From positions 315,122 through 379,121 of the forward strand of contig CAZBWB010000001.1 of NCBI GenBank assembly GCA_964495875.1: a stretch of DNA of 64,000 nt. Direction: 5' to 3'. The notes under the pieces were generated by a model. The model saw only the letters and a list, made by a program, of their open reading frames with translations. It made no database searches and was not told where the DNA came from. The stretch comes from Candidatus Woesearchaeota archaeon (GTDB taxonomy: Archaea; Nanobdellota; Nanobdellia; Pacearchaeales; GW2011-AR1). The position numbers and the translations under genes were made by a program. Of the stretch, positions 9,556 through 18,418 are shown piece after piece (the first letter of the stretch is position 1; the number at the start of each line of letters is the position of its first letter).

Positions 9556-9620
9556 AACAAAGAAAACTGCCTCTTGTTTATAAATTTTAATAGGATATAG
9601 TTATTATATTGGAGTATATA

Positions 9621-10571
9621 CTAATGAATTTCTTTTTCTAACTTCCCAGTCAACTCATCAAGATTCACATCTTTCACATTATCAATAATAAGTTCTGGAT
9701 TATTAAAGTAACTATTCATCCTAACATTGCCGGAAAAAAACATCTCTTTCCCCAGTATTGCCTGCTTCTGTTCAATCATTTTTTCAGGATTATCCAAGTC
9801 TGTTATTCCAAGTCCGGAAATACTCTCATGAAAAAAAACAGCTCTTATTGATTCTGTTCCGTCATCAATAACGAGATTTAAGATTGCTCTTTTTTCAGGT
9901 ATAATTTTTCCATGTTCTGCACAAACAAAGTTCTCTCCTTCAGGATTAACTTTTTTGTTGCATTCCGGACAAATATTGAAAAAGCGTGGTTCAAAAGCCT
10001 GCACGATAAATGCCCTGACCCCCACATTATCTGAAATCTTAAAATCAGATATATCTTTCTCTTTGATAATTTTTTCTGTCTTAACATTTTCAAAAGTTTC
10101 GTCACTTGTTTTTATTTCTGAAAAACTCCCGAGGTGCAACTCACTGTCTCTCATACCTGCATTTGAAATTTCCACAACACCTCCTTCCTTGATTTCTCCT
10201 TTTTCAATTAAAGCGATATGATTCGTATCCCATAAAACAACCTTGATATTTGATGTATCATCTGCCAAGAATATGTTTGCAACTTTTCCTTCATCTCCTT
10301 TTTTTGTTGTAAAAGTCCGCACAGGAGATAAATTAATCACCTTGCCAATAACATTTACTTTTCTCATGCCTGGGAGTAATTCTTCAATTTTTAATTTTTC
10401 ATTATCAAAAGAAATCCCAAGTTCAGCGGCAATTATTTGTGCTGCCCCTTCTTTACTAATAAGTCCGGAAAGTTTCGCCCTTTTAGCCTCAACTCTCCTA
10501 TCAACCTCTTCTTTTTCTAATTTAGAAGACTTTGAAATTTTTTCCAAAATCCTCTCATAATTATCAATCAT
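9621..10571 (-). CDS. rpa: Replication protein A-like ssDNA-binding protein (OB folds plus zinc ribbon)
   Basis: Two OB-fold-like segments (VNVIGKVINLSPVRTFTTKKGDEGKVANIFLADDTSNIKVVLWD) and a C4-type element CPECNKKV ... CAEHGK, as in euryarchaeal RPA/RFA. Confidence 0.7.
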   Translation of the reverse strand: MIDNYERILEKISKSSKLEKEEVDRRVEAKRAKLSGLISKEGAAQIIAAELGISFDNEKLKIEELLPGMRKVNVIGKVINLSPVRTFTTKKGDEGKVANIFLADDTSNIKVVLWDTNHIALIEKGEIKEGGVVEISNAGMRDSELHLGSFSEIKTSDETFENVKTEKIIKEKDISDFKISDNVGVRAFIVQAFEPRFFNICPECNKKVNPEGENFVCAEHGKIIPEKRAILNLVIDDGTESIRAVFFHESISGLGITDLDNPEKMIEQKQAILGKEMFFSGNVRMNSYFNNPELIIDNVKDVNLDELTGKLEKEIH

Positions 10572-10656
10572 CTAAAGAAAAAAATCCAAATGTTTTTAAG
10601 TATTATTGTGAAAATCAAATAACAAATCTTATAAATTGATTTAATTAGAATAAATC

Positions 10657-10926
10657 ATGGGAATTGCAGGAATTAAAATAAAAATTATGCCAAAATCTCC
10701 AGAAGAAAATTTGGAAAAGATAAAACAAAAAGCAAAAGTCATTACTGAAGATAATGGAGGCAAAAACTGTCAATTTGAAGAAGAAGCAGTAGCTTTTGGC
10801 TTAAAGGCTGTAATCGAATTTTTTGAATTATCTGAAGAAATTGAACCAGGAAAAATAGAAGAAGCATTAAAAACAATTGAGGAAGTTAGTTCTGCTCAAA
10901 TCATAGATATGCGAAGACTAATATAA
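10657..10926 (+). CDS. ef1b: Elongation factor 1-beta (aEF-1beta)
   Basis: 89 aa with IKIKIMPKSPEENLEKIK ... EEAVAFGLKAVIEFF ... VSSAQIIDMRRLI. This matches the conserved pattern of archaeal EF-1beta. Confidence 0.8.
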   Translation: MGIAGIKIKIMPKSPEENLEKIKQKAKVITEDNGGKNCQFEEEAVAFGLKAVIEFFELSEEIEPGKIEEALKTIEEVSSAQIIDMRRLI

Positions 10927-10982
10927 TAAATAATATAATCAGGAACAATAATTTTTATAAAATAAAATAATTTTGAAAAATA

Positions 10983-11294
10983 ATGTCAGAAGATTATTTG
11001 CAGGAATTAAAAGAGGCAGGTTTATTAGTCAAACTTTTGGATAAGAACCAAGGTCTAATATATTCTAAAAACAGGCAGGTTGTGGGTTTTTACGATACAA
11101 GGGAAAAACCTCCAATAAGAGTGGGTTTTTCTCCAGAACATGGAAACAACATGTTGGAAGAAGAAATAAAATCAGCAGAATTGCTTAAGAAAAGGGGAAT
11201 ACCTTATTATATTTATAATAAGAGAGCCATTGAACAAGTCGAAAGAGAAATATCAGAAAAACAAAATTTATTAAAAAGAATGCAACAACTTTAA
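10983..11294 (+). CDS. Hypothetical protein
   Basis: A clean 103-aa ORF in an otherwise gene-dense region. I recognise no motif. Confidence 0.4.
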   Translation: MSEDYLQELKEAGLLVKLLDKNQGLIYSKNRQVVGFYDTREKPPIRVGFSPEHGNNMLEEEIKSAELLKKRGIPYYIYNKRAIEQVEREISEKQNLLKRMQQL

Positions 11295-11333
11295 ATCAAT
11301 AATTTTATTAATTCTAATTTCAAATTATAAACA

Positions 11334-11927
11334 ATGTTATCACCAGAACAAACTGCTCAGATAAAAGAGAAAATAATCAACCAGATAAATTCCAGTTTTC
11401 CAGAAGATAAGAAACCTGGAGCAAAAAGTCAGATTGAAGCGATGAATTCTGAGCAATTAGAGGAATTTCTAAAACAGAATAATATTATGAAAGAACAGCA
11501 ATGTGTATTCTGCTCTATTATTTCAGGAGATGTTAATTCATATATTCTTGAAAAGGAGAAAGATGCAATTGCTATTCTTGAAATCAATCCAATATCTCAG
11601 GGGCACGTACTGATAGTTCCAAAAAAACACTCTCAGGAATTTTCCCCACAAACCAAAAGATTCGCAAGAAAAATTTCAAAATTATTAAAAGAAAAATTAA
11701 AACCAAAAGACATACTAATATCTCAGTCCAGTTTATTTGGACATGGAATAATAAATATCATCCCGGTTTACAAAGACGAAACAAATGAATCAGAAAGACA
11801 TAAGGCAAATCCAGAAGAACTTGAAAGAATTTTGAAAAAAATCTTAGAAAAAATCAAAAAACCAATTAAAAAACCTAAAGTAAAAAAAATAAAAGAAAAA
11901 CTTTGGTTACCAAAAAGAATTCCATAA
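11334..11927 (+). CDS. HIT-like protein with degenerate histidine triad
   Basis: The HIT fold signature CVFCSIISGD ... AIAILEINPISQGHVLIVPKKH is present. The expected HxHxHxx position reads GHGIINIIP, so only one His remains. There is also an extra ~50-aa N-terminal extension and a Lys-rich tail. Confidence 0.6.
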   Translation: MLSPEQTAQIKEKIINQINSSFPEDKKPGAKSQIEAMNSEQLEEFLKQNNIMKEQQCVFCSIISGDVNSYILEKEKDAIAILEINPISQGHVLIVPKKHSQEFSPQTKRFARKISKLLKEKLKPKDILISQSSLFGHGIINIIPVYKDETNESERHKANPEELERILKKILEKIKKPIKKPKVKKIKEKLWLPKRIP

Positions 11928-12752
11928 TTTAATTCCCAAAAGATATAACAAAAACAAAATTATCATACTCATCAAAAAGACTGGAGTAAAGGGAATTCCT
12001 TGTTTTATCTTAATCTTCCTGTATCTTTTTTTTATTGCTCTAATGTCCTTTTTACTGAGTCCCTCCCATGTTGTTTTAATCTTCTTTTTTCCAATCTTCA
12101 GATCATTATAAAGCCAATCTCCCTCACTTAACTGATTTGTCTTAACTTCCTTAACCATGCAAGATTCATCAACTGCTTTTGCAAAAATATAAAGATAAGA
12201 TGAAATAAAAATCAAAACCCCAAAAACAAAAATCATGGATTCAATAAAACCCAAAAGCATTATTATTAATCCACTGCATATCATAAAATAAAAAAGTTTT
12301 TTATTTTTTTTAAATTGAACACTGAATTCTTTTTTAAATCTTTTAAAATTCCTTGCAGCCAGAACTCCACTGACTATAAAACTGTAAACAGCTCCCAAAA
12401 AAAAGAAGATTAGAAAAAATATAAGAAAAAATTGAATATTTTCAATAATGTTTCCATAAACAGGTAAAACAGCTCCGAGAGCAATTAGTAGTTTTGCATC
12501 TCCTCCTGCAAACATTCTTCCGTAGTATAACAAATTCCCAAGAATAAAAAATATTGCTAAACCAATGAGTCCCTGATAAAAAAAAGAAAAATTTTCCAAG
12601 GAAAACAAAGAATAAAAGAATCTAAAACCTATTGCAAAGATTATCAGAGAAAAACTCAGCCAGTTCGCAATCTCTCTGCTTCTCAAATCCTGTATTGTTG
12701 CAAATATAATCCACAATAAAGCAAGACTCCATAAAAAAATCACCCCAAACAT
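11907..12752 (-). CDS. A24-family prepilin/preflagellin peptidase (PibD/FlaK-like)
   Basis: Polytopic membrane protein with the two aspartyl motifs IQDLRSREIANW and FAGGDAKLLIALG, plus an extra C-terminal soluble/TM extension. Confidence 0.75.
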   Translation of the reverse strand: MFGVIFLWSLALLWIIFATIQDLRSREIANWLSFSLIIFAIGFRFFYSLFSLENFSFFYQGLIGLAIFFILGNLLYYGRMFAGGDAKLLIALGAVLPVYGNIIENIQFFLIFFLIFFFLGAVYSFIVSGVLAARNFKRFKKEFSVQFKKNKKLFYFMICSGLIIMLLGFIESMIFVFGVLIFISSYLYIFAKAVDESCMVKEVKTNQLSEGDWLYNDLKIGKKKIKTTWEGLSKKDIRAIKKRYRKIKIKQGIPFTPVFLMSMIILFLLYLLGIKLWNSFW

Positions 12753-12946
12753 AATTAAGATTGGAAAAAGTAATTTATAAAACTATTTTGTCTTGTTTTT
12801 TAGTTTTCGTGTCCTCGCACTCCCGCCCTTTTTATAAGGATATTTTTTCTTTTCTCTTTTTTTATTTTTCCTCTTATTTCTTTTTTGAGAAAATTCATAT
12901 TCCATAAAACATTAAATAAGAATCAATTTAAATAAATTTAGAATTA

Positions 12947-13336
12947 TTATCCTTCAGATTCTTCTTCAGATCCTTCTCCTTCAGATCCCTCTTCTTCAAC
13001 ACATAAACCAGGACACTCCCTTATTCCATAATTTTCATAATCAACATTAGTTGCAAAAAAGTTACAGCTGTTTTTGACAGATTTCACACCACCAGGCAAA
13101 CCACTCACTTTTAATTCTCTTTCTTTAGTACAAAAATCATAAACATTTTGCGTTGAACAGGCAACCTCACACTGAGTTGCAATTGCATCAACATTCTCCG
13201 TAGACAACCAAGGAGCAATTTTCCCCCAGCCAACAGTAAAACCAACTATAAGCACAGCTAAAACAACTATTCCAAGAATAATCAGTATAATAGCATTAGT
13301 ACTCAACCCTTGACCTCTTTTATCCAACATAATCAT
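12947..13336 (-). CDS. Type IV pilin-like protein (class III signal peptide), Cys-rich, acidic tail
   Basis: The N-terminus MIMLDKRG|QGLSTNAIILIILGIVVLAVLIVGF has a basic stretch, Gly, Gln, then a ~22-residue hydrophobic helix. The globular part has 6 Cys and ends in a GSEGEGSEEESEG tail. Confidence 0.6.
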   Translation of the reverse strand: MIMLDKRGQGLSTNAIILIILGIVVLAVLIVGFTVGWGKIAPWLSTENVDAIATQCEVACSTQNVYDFCTKERELKVSGLPGGVKSVKNSCNFFATNVDYENYGIRECPGLCVEEEGSEGEGSEEESEG

Positions 13337-13369
13337 TTTAAGACTAATCTATTTATAAAAGTTTTTATT

Positions 13370-13687
13370 TTATCCTGGAAGATAATATTCAACTGAAATA
13401 TCTTTCGTAGTAATGTTGAGATATCTTCCTGAAGAATCTTCTTCTATTTTTAAAATCTTTTCTATCTCTTCCTCACTAAACTCTCCGATATTTTGATAAA
13501 AATAATATTTTTCTATGTTTGAATTTATTTCTTCTATTACATCTGTCCCGTAAAAATCCCTGTGTATTTTGTTGTCCGAAACAATAAAACTTATGATTGC
13601 GAATGCACAGACAGCAAAAACCCCAATTACTAAAATTGTTATCGGAATGTCTCCCCCCTTATTTTTAATTATTTTTGATTCCATCAT
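13370..13687 (-). CDS. Pilin-like small protein
   Basis: N-terminus KIIKNKGG|DIPITILVIGVFAVCAFAIISFIV. The start overlaps the upstream stop by 4 nt. Confidence 0.45.
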   Translation of the reverse strand: MMESKIIKNKGGDIPITILVIGVFAVCAFAIISFIVSDNKIHRDFYGTDVIEEINSNIEKYYFYQNIGEFSEEEIEKILKIEEDSSGRYLNITTKDISVEYYLPG

Positions 13688-14172
13688 TTACGCAAAAATA
13701 AAGCCAGATTTTTAGTTTTAAAATTATCGGGAATTTCTCCAAAATAAATTCTCTCGTCAATAGTATAATCAGTAGGAAGCGGATACTGATAATAATCCTG
13801 TCTAACAGAACCTGCAGAAAGTTTTGCTCCCTCTCCTCTAACGTCTAACCAAATACCTCTAATATAATCATCACTATAAAGACCTTTAAAGATTTTTGAA
13901 CTCAGAGGAGCATTGAATTCATTTAAATCACCACTCTCGTTTATTTGCTCAAATACCCTTTCTCCAGAATCATCTTTAGTCAATAAATATGCTGTCAAAG
14001 ATTTTGCAGGAATTAAATCAGAAGAATCCCTTGCTATTGCATCTATCTTAACTCTTCTTTTATTCAACAATGAAACTCCAAGTATAGATAAAACCAAAAG
14101 AGTAATCACTATCAGGGTTGCAACTATCCATGTTATAGTTTCTGGTATCTGTGCTTTTCTATTAATCGGCAT
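13684..14172 (-). CDS. Pilin-like protein
   Basis: N-terminus MPINRKA|QIPETITWIVATLIVITLLVLSILGV. It is translationally coupled on both sides. Confidence 0.5.
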   Translation of the reverse strand: MPINRKAQIPETITWIVATLIVITLLVLSILGVSLLNKRRVKIDAIARDSSDLIPAKSLTAYLLTKDDSGERVFEQINESGDLNEFNAPLSSKIFKGLYSDDYIRGIWLDVRGEGAKLSAGSVRQDYYQYPLPTDYTIDERIYFGEIPDNFKTKNLALFLRK

Positions 14173-15385
14173 TTTTTTCCACCTTCCCTATGATTGATGA
14201 AATTCTGATTACATACTGATTGTCATTTTCGTCTAAGACATAAAAACTTCTGGTAAGTCCGGGAATTGTTTTTTCTTTTTCCTTTAAGCGTATCATAAAC
14301 TCTTCCCATGGAAATGCAGGTCCAGGGTCCTGTTTTCTGCAAGTGTCAACTTCATCGTGTCCTATGATATGCTCCCTGTCAATAGGGATATTATTTCTTG
14401 AAACTATTCCAAAAACTAATTCAACCAAAGCATCTATTTGCTCTTCAGTATATTTTTCCCAAACCCTGACTTGCTCTTCACAAATTCCTGTTTCTTCATT
14501 ACGAAAAACATGTTTTCCTTCAACTCCGACCCCGCAAAAATCTTCATAGTCTGTTTCCCCGCATAACCAGCCATAATTAATAATTTCAATTCCAATAGCC
14601 CTGTCATTTACAGTTGGTCTGCAACAATCGATGTCTTGTTCATAATCATTTGGATTTGGCCTCTCATCTTCTGAATGACATTCTGGTCTGTCACTACCAC
14701 AGCCCACATGTCCTGGATTTTTATTTTCCCACTGTCCTGTAACTTCTAAAACATCTTTTTCTACACATTCACTAACAAGTCCACCAAACCTGCATTCTCC
14801 GACTTTTCCGTCTTTATCGAGTATGTACTGAACTCCCCACTTTTTATTCTTTAATGAATTAAAGACATTTTGAATATTTCCTCCTCCTGCAGTATAATGG
14901 ATAATGACATATTCTTTGTTAGTTTTCTTTTCAGATACCGAACTGCCTGTTATCTGCCACATAGTTTTCAAATTCTCATTTCCTTCAGCAACATCAAAAA
15001 TTTTATCTCCAAGACCATCCAGGGTATTTTCATCAAATTCATAAATACCCGCTTCCAGATAATACTGTTCTTGTTTTTTCCAGTCATAAATATCTTCAAC
15101 ATTAAAATTTAGATTGCATTCTTCTAAAAAATTCTCCTCAAAACCTTCGTCTAAAACCCCTTGCTTAAGATAACCTCCTTGAGCCAAGCAATCAGCGATA
15201 TGATTTATTAAAACATTTGCTTCTATTTCCCTCACATTTTTTGGCTGTCCGTAAAAAATAATAGCCATATAAACAACTGCACCAGCCACTATGAACAAGA
15301 TGGCAAACCAGTAAACTGAAATTATTTTATCTCCCTTTTTATTCAAACGCGTCTTTATCTTAATCATTGTATTCATTTTTTTCAT
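14162..15385 (-). CDS. Pilin-like N-terminal anchor fused to an N-acetylmuramoyl-L-alanine amidase (Amidase_2/PGRP fold)
   Basis: N-terminus RLNKKG|DKIISVYWFAILFIVAGAVVYMAII. Amidase_2 hallmarks lie at residues ~157-365 (about 14291-14917):
- YVIIHYTAGG (Zn His)
- GVQYILDKDGKV
- NDRAIGIEIINYG
- YTEEQIDALVELV ... IIGHDEVDTCRKQDPGPAFPWEEF (Zn His and Asp)

A Cys-rich insert (residues ~195-300) splits the fold. Confidence 0.75.
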   Translation of the reverse strand: MKKMNTMIKIKTRLNKKGDKIISVYWFAILFIVAGAVVYMAIIFYGQPKNVREIEANVLINHIADCLAQGGYLKQGVLDEGFEENFLEECNLNFNVEDIYDWKKQEQYYLEAGIYEFDENTLDGLGDKIFDVAEGNENLKTMWQITGSSVSEKKTNKEYVIIHYTAGGGNIQNVFNSLKNKKWGVQYILDKDGKVGECRFGGLVSECVEKDVLEVTGQWENKNPGHVGCGSDRPECHSEDERPNPNDYEQDIDCCRPTVNDRAIGIEIINYGWLCGETDYEDFCGVGVEGKHVFRNEETGICEEQVRVWEKYTEEQIDALVELVFGIVSRNNIPIDREHIIGHDEVDTCRKQDPGPAFPWEEFMIRLKEKEKTIPGLTRSFYVLDENDNQYVIRISSIIGKVEKNAD

Positions 15386-15776
15386 TTATAACAAAAACAT
15401 ATTCTTTGTTATTTGTTTTATCTAAATATGCACTTGCATCTATATCATTAAAAAAAGAATATGAATACTCTCCGTTATCCCTTAATTTTACTGTTACGAT
15501 ATTATCATTAATTTTAACTATCTCATCTATTTTATCCTCTCCTAGTTCTTTCTTTGCTTTTTCAATTGCCCTTTCCATATTGAGATGCATCTTCATCCCA
15601 GGCTTTGCTGAATCAATCATTAAGGCTATTTGCTTTGCAGCAACTTCCTCAAGAACAGCGGCATTTGTCATCTTGGACCACAAAAATACAATTAAAATAG
15701 TTATAAAAATCAAATTCAGGACGATAAAAATAACATTTCCAATTAAAATTGTTCCTTTTTTAAAACCTCTTTTCAT
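15360..15776 (-). CDS. Pilin-like protein
   Basis: N-terminus MKRGFKKG|TILIGNVIFIVLNLIFITILIVFLW. Its 3' end overlaps the amidase start. Confidence 0.5.
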   Translation of the reverse strand: MKRGFKKGTILIGNVIFIVLNLIFITILIVFLWSKMTNAAVLEEVAAKQIALMIDSAKPGMKMHLNMERAIEKAKKELGEDKIDEIVKINDNIVTVKLRDNGEYSYSFFNDIDASAYLDKTNNKEYVFVINEKNEYND

Positions 15777-15872
15777 GCATAAAAAAGTTAAAAGAGATTA
15801 ATAAATGTTTAGAAAAAAAGGCTGAATAAGACTGATAACAAGGTTTAAATAACCACAAAAATGTAGTTTTTT

Positions 15873-16745
15873 ATGGGAAAAACACTATCAAACAAACTAT
15901 TAAACCTCGCTGGAGGTGCTGTGCTTAGTGCAGCAGTAGCTCTATTGTTTCCTGGTTGCGAAGTAGACAATATACCGGAAAAAACAACCGAGGCAGTCAC
16001 AGGAGAAGAAAATGCTTATAATGAAGCATTAGAAATTGCTAAAAATCCCGGCAAATTTGCAAGGGAAAGTCTTACTGAAAAGCCTATTGAACCTGAGAAA
16101 AAAGACGCAGTCGTTGAAAAAGTCCTTGTAAAAGAATCACATCCCTTAGAAGATTTTTTTCTGCAGGGAAAAGAGTTGGAAGGAATATCTTTGATTCCTG
16201 AAGCACATGCTGGTTTTGCAACATTGCCATATGAAAAGAATCCTTATACTGAAGATGACAGAAAAAAAATACAAAAAATATGGGAAGACGATGTTAAAAG
16301 AGTTGGGATAGCTTATTATTACATTCCCTCAGATAAAGGCTATATTATTCCAAAAGATTTTGAAAAAATCAGAGAAGATGTAATGTCTGGGAAAATTAAA
16401 ATAGCACAAATGATGATAACTGTTTCCAGATTTGATTCTGAAAAATTCGCTGAAGAATTTTTTGATAAACGACAGGAAACAATATATCATAATAAAGCAG
16501 GAGGATTAGAAAAAATAGATTTAATAAAAGGAGATATCTGGGCTAGTATGGAATTAGGAGAAGTAACAACTAAACAACAGGCAATTTCTTATATTGATTG
16601 TTTATCAAATTATATTAAAAGAATTTCTCCCAAAGATGTTTCAATAGCACATGGGGAAGAAGGAAAGGAGATTAGTGAAAAAGAACTTTTATCATATCTA
16701 AAACAAGAAAGAAATTCAATTGACCATTCCTTTGAAGATTACTAA
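15873..16745 (+). CDS. Putative lipoprotein of unknown function
   Basis: Signal peptide with lipobox-like LLFPGC. This is the only plus-strand gene inside the pilus-like locus, and its stop overlaps the convergent gene's stop. Confidence 0.5.
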   Translation: MGKTLSNKLLNLAGGAVLSAAVALLFPGCEVDNIPEKTTEAVTGEENAYNEALEIAKNPGKFARESLTEKPIEPEKKDAVVEKVLVKESHPLEDFFLQGKELEGISLIPEAHAGFATLPYEKNPYTEDDRKKIQKIWEDDVKRVGIAYYYIPSDKGYIIPKDFEKIREDVMSGKIKIAQMMITVSRFDSEKFAEEFFDKRQETIYHNKAGGLEKIDLIKGDIWASMELGEVTTKQQAISYIDCLSNYIKRISPKDVSIAHGEEGKEISEKELLSYLKQERNSIDHSFEDY

Positions 16746-17500
16746 GACTTAGTCACAAATTTATCACATTCTGGTTCAATATCTCTGCTTGTCTCAAAAA
16801 AATAAGGAGGAATATATTTAATTTCTTCTCCTATTCCAAGCCGCAAAATCCGTCCTGCAATACTCCTCTTTGTTTCTCCTGTCCTAATCATGTATCTGTC
16901 TGTTAGAGAGATTGTTCTTGTTTGATAATCTTCTTTCATAACTTCATCTTTGTCTAACAAATCTTCTATAGTATAAACATTATAAAAATAATGCAAATAA
17001 GTTTCATCTTTATCTTCTACCTTGTTAGTCAAATAATTCAAAAATTCTTCATAAGTTATTCCCTCTTCCTGCACTTCCTGAATTTTCTCATCAAACTTAA
17101 CAATCGAACACAGTGCGCAGGCAGTATTTTTATCAAAAGCCGTAACATCAATATAATCCAACTCTCCTTCACCAAACATCCACCAGCAAGCAGTCATTTC
17201 ATCTGCTATTGCTTTCATTATTTCCCTTTTGTTATCAGGATTAACTTCAACTGTGGCTGTCGGATTTATTCCCTCGCATTCCCCTCCTCCTGAAATACAC
17301 AAATAATTCGTCTTGCAATTCAATTGTCCTGCAAGTCCTTTGCCAGTAGATTTCAAGATAACAGAATTATGACAGATTTCTTTGTTATTGGTTTCTCCTG
17401 GATTTAATCTGAACAGCAAAAATAAAATCACTACAAAACTAACTATCAAAATAATTATTATTACTAACTGATGTGATGTTATCTCTCCTTTTCTTTTCAT
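16742..17500 (-). CDS. Pilin-like protein with Cys-rich globular domain
   Basis: N-terminus MKRKG|EITSHQLVIIIILIVSFVVILFLLF. The ectodomain has about 10 Cys. Confidence 0.5.
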   Translation of the reverse strand: MKRKGEITSHQLVIIIILIVSFVVILFLLFRLNPGETNNKEICHNSVILKSTGKGLAGQLNCKTNYLCISGGGECEGINPTATVEVNPDNKREIMKAIADEMTACWWMFGEGELDYIDVTAFDKNTACALCSIVKFDEKIQEVQEEGITYEEFLNYLTNKVEDKDETYLHYFYNVYTIEDLLDKDEVMKEDYQTRTISLTDRYMIRTGETKRSIAGRILRLGIGEEIKYIPPYFFETSRDIEPECDKFVTKS

Positions 17501-17608
17501 TTAACCTCCGAGTATTCCAAATTTTCTGAGCATGAGATACAAGCCTCCTAAAACTAATAAAAAAAACGCAATCCATACCATGTATTTTATCAAATTTTCC
17601 AAATTCAT
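17501..17608 (-). CDS. Unlisted 35-aa single-TM micro-ORF
   Basis: My translation is MNLENLIKYMVWIAFFLLVLGGLYLMLRKFGILGG. Its ATG overlaps the upstream stop (ATGA), and its TAA is immediately followed by the downstream ATG at 17500. It is below the ORF-track size cut-off. Confidence 0.35.
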   Translation of the reverse strand: MNLENLIKYMVWIAFFLLVLGGLYLMLRKFGILGG

Positions 17609-18051
17609 TTTTTCATTATTGCTTTATTTTCATGATTGATTATTAAAACTAATGGAGGTTTTTCTATTTTAATATAATTTCCTTTTTCTCCTGTAATCAC
17701 AAAATTATTTTCTAAACAAACTGAATCTTCACAACTTTCAACATTCTTCTTATTACAAATACAAATACAATTTTTCCAACCAAGATTAGAACAAGAATTT
17801 GGAATAATATCATCATAGGGCCAAGATATTAACCACCAACCCTCTGGATTATACATCTCAATTTGCTCTGCTCCGGCATTTATTTCTTTAATCAAATGTT
17901 CAAGAGAAGATTCTGCGAGTTCCAAATCTTTGTCTTTTTTGCCAGCATTATATATAGAATACAAAAGAAAAGCCAAAAATCCAATACAAATCACTGCTAA
18001 AATAATTTTCAAAGTTTCCTCGCCTAATAAAAATGCCTTTTTATTTTTCAT
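17605..18051 (-). CDS. Pilin-like protein with Cys-rich domain
   Basis: N-terminus MKNKKA|FLLGEETLKIILAVICIGFLAFLLY, with a Glu near position +5 as in bacterial type IV pilins. Contains the CSNLGWKNCICICNKKNVESCEDSVC cluster. Confidence 0.5.
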   Translation of the reverse strand: MKNKKAFLLGEETLKIILAVICIGFLAFLLYSIYNAGKKDKDLELAESSLEHLIKEINAGAEQIEMYNPEGWWLISWPYDDIIPNSCSNLGWKNCICICNKKNVESCEDSVCLENNFVITGEKGNYIKIEKPPLVLIINHENKAIMKK

Positions 18052-18052
18052 T

Positions 18053-18418
18053 TTAAATATTTATTGTAACGCACTTATTTACCCCTCCAAACCAGGTCTT
18101 AGGAGTGAATTCACACTTCTTCTTAAAAACTAATAATTCATCATTAATTTCCTTGCATTCTTCTTCACTGCAAGTATCAAAAAATCCAGCTTTACAATCC
18201 TCGCAAAGTCTAGATGGCTCTCCTATCTGCTCTTCATCTTCTTCGCCCCCTTCCTGAGGAATTTCTCCGTTTTCTTCAGGTTCTTCTCCTCCAACAACAC
18301 CCTTAAAAAAATCTATGACAGAACCCTTAAAAAATAAAAAAAGACCTATAACAACAGCCACAAAAACCAAAGCTCCTAAGATTATTTTAATCAATTGCCC
18401 AGTTGTTAATTCTGCCAT
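18053..18418 (-). CDS. Pilin-like protein, acidic linker, Cys-rich C-terminus
   Basis: N-terminus MAELTTG|QLIKIILGALVFVAVVIGLFLFF, followed by an E/G-rich linker and CEDCKAGFFDTCSEEECK. Confidence 0.5.
   Translation of the reverse strand: MAELTTGQLIKIILGALVFVAVVIGLFLFFKGSVIDFFKGVVGGEEPEENGEIPQEGGEEDEEQIGEPSRLCEDCKAGFFDTCSEEECKEINDELLVFKKKCEFTPKTWFGGVNKCVTINI

Noticed and set aside
12800-12898. 32-aa highly basic minus-strand ORF (MNFLKKEIRGKIKKEKRKNILIKRAGVRGHEN) and a short GC-rich patch between the pilin gene and the prepilin peptidase gene.
   Set aside because: I recognise no motif. The composition is what a poly-A/T tract gives when translated, and there is no coupling to neighbours. 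It is more likely terminator or promoter DNA.
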